Position numbers and translations under genes: made by a program
In this document: positions 59,789-64,000 of the stretch, piece by piece
Position numbering within the stretch: position 1 is the first letter of the stretch
How the letters are laid out: each line of letters opens with the position of its first letter
Assembly: GCA_963920595.1 (NCBI GenBank)
Contig: OY986948.1
Location: forward strand, 1,736,001 to 1,800,000
DNA: 64,000 bases
DNA from: Eimeria praecox
Taxonomy: Eukaryota
Reading direction: 5' to 3'
The notes under the pieces: model-generated
Told to the model about the DNA's origin: nothing
What the model saw: only the letters and a program-made list of their open reading frames with translations
Databases searched by the model: none

Positions 59789-60636
59789 TAAATAGATACA
59801 TAAATAGATATTAACCGACTAGATGCAGCAAGAGCAGCAACGCCTGCTGCCGCCTTTGCGGTTGCTGTTGCTGCTGCTGCTGTTGCTGCTGCTGTTGCTG
59901 TTGCTGCTGCTGTTGCTGGTGCTGCTGTACCTCCTGTTGCCTTTGCAATTCTGCGTATATCTTTCTTGGAGACGCGACGAACAGCCAGAGCCCCAGCCTC
60001 TACGAAGTACTTTAAACACATATCATCTATACCCTGCAGCAGCAGCAGCAGCAGAAGACAGCAACAGCAGCAGAAGACAGCAACAGCAGCAGACAGCAGC
60101 AGCAGCAGCAAACAGCAGCAGCAGACAGCAGCAGCAGCAAGAAGCAAATAGAAAAAGGCACACACAACAAACAAAAAAAATCTAACAAAGCTGCCTATAC
60201 ACCTCAAAATAAGGCAACTGCTGCCTATACACCCGAGTAGATAAACAAAGATAGAGCTGCCTATACACCCCAAATATCTTTCTTCTTCCTACCTGTGTTG
60301 TGATGATAACATTCGCTCCAGATTGCAGCAGCTGCATCACTCGACGACGCGCGATGTCTTTCTCTCTGTACACAAAACAAATGCAAACGTAGAATAATCT
60401 GCTGCTGCTGCTGCTGCTGTTTCTGTTGGTGCTGCTGCTGCTGCTGCTGTTTCTGCTGCTGCTGCTGCTGCTGCTGTTTCTGCTGCTGCTGCTGTTTCTG
60501 CTGCTGCTGCTGTTTCTGCTGCTGCTGCTGCTTCTGTTGCTGCTGCTGTTTCTGCTGCTGCTGCTGCTGCTGTTGTTGTTTCTGATGCTGTTGCTTCTGT
60601 TTCTGTTTCTGCTGCTGTTGTTGTTTCTGCTGCTGC

Positions 60637-60669
<33 letters not shown>

Positions 60670-60861
60670 TTCAGTAGAAGCTTACTGCTGTCGTATTTTC
60701 TCTAGAGCCTGGGGGTCGCTGACTTGTATAGACACCCCAAGCTGCAGGCGATGTTGTCTTAAGCCAAAGTCTATCAACGCTATCTTAGCATCGTTTATTA
60801 CCATTGGCATTCCTGTATAAAACAAACAAACATAAATAAATATATAAATTAATTAATTAAT

Positions 60862-60896
<35 letters not shown>

Positions 60897-60972
60897 TTAG
60901 TAAACAGAGAAATAAATTAACAAGGATATATAAATAATAATAAGTAGACAGACACAGTAAATAAACAAACGA

Positions 60973-61009
<37 letters not shown>

Positions 61010-61110
61010 GTAAACGAATAAATAAATACAAAATATAAAAATAAATAAGATACAACGAATTAAGTAAATAAAGATATCTATGCGTACATGGCCCCATATA
61101 TCTATATCTA

Positions 61111-61174
<64 letters not shown>

Positions 61175-61328
61175 TACCCTGAGCAGCTCTCGATGTTTTA
61201 AGTGCGAATCCATCAACCAGCTCGGAGTCTTTGGCGCTTCTCCCATGAGTTTTTAAAATAGAAATTGCGTCTACCGGGTATCGAACGTCTCCACGTTCTG
61301 TAATCTGATACAGAGTTTGGATACACAG

Positions 61329-61413
<85 letters not shown>

Positions 61414-62334
61414 CAGAGAGAGATAGATATAGATATAGATATAGGTATATAGATATATAGATATATAGATAGATACAGATATATATATCTATATATAGAT
61501 ATATATAGATATAGATATAGATATACATATAGATATATAGATATAGATGTAGATATCTAGATATAGATATCTAGATATAGATACAGATATAGATATATAG
61601 ATATTGATATAGATATAGATACAGATATATAGATATATAGATATAGGTATAGACATAGATATCTAGATACAGATATAGATATATAGATACAGATATATAC
61701 AGACATAGACAAAGATATAGATATAGATAGCTAGATAACCAGAAACTATTTTTCGTGCGCAGACGATAGTATCTTTCTATACAGAACAAATAGAATAAAT
61801 AGAATAAATAGAATAAATAAAATAAATAGAACAAATAGAATAAATAGAATAAATAAAATAAATAGAATAATAGAATAAACAGAATAAATAAAATAAATAA
61901 AATAAATAGATAAATAGAACAAACAGAATAAACAGAATAAATAAAACGAACAGAATAAACTAAATAAACAGAATAAACAGTATAAATAGAACAAATAGAA
62001 TAAACCAAATAAACCAAATAAACCAAATAAACCAAATAAACCAAATAAACCAAACAAACAGAATAAACAGAATAAATAGAATAAACAGAATAGATAATAA
62101 TTCTAGCTAGAGTAGATAAGGTGCACTCTCACCGTCTTAACAGATTGCACAGCACTAACACAAAGACGAGGGAAGAAATCTTCGTTGGCTCCAATAAATT
62201 TTGAAGCTAACGAAGTTCGAGCGACAGATAAAATTAAATTTTCGGTGTCGAGTTTATTCATATCTGCACTCAGATGCGTCTTTAGGTAACGCACACACTC
62301 CTGAATAGATACAGACAGACAGACAGACAGACAG

Positions 62335-62370
<36 letters not shown>

Positions 62371-62766
62371 GCAGCAAAGAAGAAGAAGGAGAAGAAAGAG
62401 AAGGAGAAGAGGGTTTAACGGATGTATTTAGTACGGACAAAGACAGCAACACAATCAACGTGGGGTTGTTTTGTAGGATCAACATATCGATATTTTCTTT
62501 CTTAAAAATAGCTAAACCCTAGCTAGGGTTTAGGGTTTAGGGTTTAGGGGTTTTGTGGGGAGGAGAGGAGAGGAGAGGGGGGGTATTGTGTTTAATAACA
62601 ACAATAGTTTCAGGTGTATATCCACCTTCATAGCGAGACGATAGCCTGAGATAACGGCAGTAGGATGTAAATCATCTTTAATTAATTGCATCGACAGACG
62701 AAGTAATTCTGACGCCAACAACACAACCGAAGTCGTGCCGTCCCCAACCTCCTTATCCTGAAGCAG

Positions 62767-62808
<42 letters not shown>

Positions 62809-62875
62809 ATTTATTATATATAGTTAAAGGTGTTTATATAATTGCTTGTGTTATATATCTATATCTATATATCTT

Positions 62876-62938
<63 letters not shown>

Positions 62939-63192
62939 CGTGTGTGTAATAGTAGAGAGCTAAAGGATATGGTGCATGCACAAGCACAACACTGCATGCA
63001 CGCCAGCCCACGCAAAGACATTTTAAGACGGACTTAAAAACATACAAAGAACGAGAAATAAAACAGAATAGTATAGAAAATGAATAAACCAAAACACAAA
63101 GATATACAGCAGAAAAAAAGCAAGAAAACTACACAACGCTCAAGGAAAATATACGAAAAAACAGACAAGTACATATACCGTACATATATATA

Positions 63193-63258
<66 letters not shown>

Positions 63259-63741
63259 GTCTTTTTTTGAATGAACCCCCGCAAATCAGAAAGAAACAAA
63301 ATAAGGAGCAGACAGAAACAAACAAAAATAGGAAAAGAAAGAAATAAAAATTATTTAAAGACTATATACCTGTAAATCCGAAAGCTCAACAAGGACCTTC
63401 GCTGCTGGATGTTGGACCTCCAGCTGTTTCAAGATGGTGGCACCATCGTTAGTTACGACAACATCTCCTGAATAGAATAATACGAAAAGAGTAAAGAAAA
63501 GAAATTAAATACAAGTTACAAACGAAATGAGACTGACACACACACACAGACGCACAGAATGGTGGTGGTGTATGTTGTTAGCTAGCTGCCTATACACCTG
63601 AAATGTGGAAAATCGTTCATCTTCCACATTTCAGATAATAATACAAAAACTTCTTACCAATGTCGTCCACAAGCATTTTATCTAATCCATGTGGCCCAAG
63701 AGAAGATTTGAGAACATTTGCTACAGCCATTACGGCCGCCA
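58120..63741 (-). CDS. CCT1: T-complex protein 1 subunit alpha (CCT1), 10 exons seen; N-terminal exon not found in the window
   Basis: Exons at about 63741-63658, 63467-63370, 62757-62626, 62300-62133, 61305-61178, 60812-60686, 60366-60293, 60033-59931, 59622-59462 and 58668-58120. Motifs: [133 protein letters not shown]. Confidence 0.95.
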
Positions 63742-64000
63742 CTGCGTAACCACAAAGTTGCACATACACCCGAAATCGGTTAAGCTATTTGAAGGAAAGC
63801 TGAAGAAAATTCAAATCTAACGTTGCAAACGCCTCATTCACATGACCTTCATCTTTAAATACACTTCCTAAACCATTTTCGTTCATGAATTATCTACAGA
63901 TCGCGAGTTCTGACTACATCAATGCAGCATGTGTTGTAACCTGCTGGAGGTAAGCACAGTAGCAGTGTGCTTGGTGCAGTGTATAGACACTCCATCGATC

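Overview
Eukaryotic, intron-rich genomic DNA with coccidian (Eimeria-like) hallmarks: (CAG/CTG)n tracts translated as poly-A/Q/S, interstitial telomere-type AAACCCT arrays, TGCATGCA octamers and AT-rich microsatellite introns. The species cannot be fixed from the sequence. Most ORF-track entries are repeat artefacts. Manual GT-AG splicing gives seven genes: (1) a bacterial-type RecG helicase (minus, runs off the left edge); (2) a DBP10/DDX54 DEAD-box helicase (plus); (3) a PTB/hnRNP L-like RRM protein (plus); (4) an uncharacterised N-terminal-Cys protein with a probable PH-like C-terminal domain (minus); (5) a long-chain mannitol dehydrogenase-family enzyme, probably mannitol-1-phosphate dehydrogenase (minus); (6) an UNC-50/GMH1 protein (minus); (7) CCT1/TCP-1 alpha (minus, first exon not found in the window). 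The most unusual non-coding signals are: (a) diverged echo copies of exon ends plus their splice sites inside the adjacent introns of five genes; (b) introns whose 5' and 3' halves carry mutually complementary repeats; (c) a dispersed, partly palindromic GGTGTA-N4-CA(G/C) motif, often at 5' splice sites; (d) a nested, near-perfect fold-back at 56.7-57.1 kb. Exon coordinates were read by eye and may be off by a few bases.
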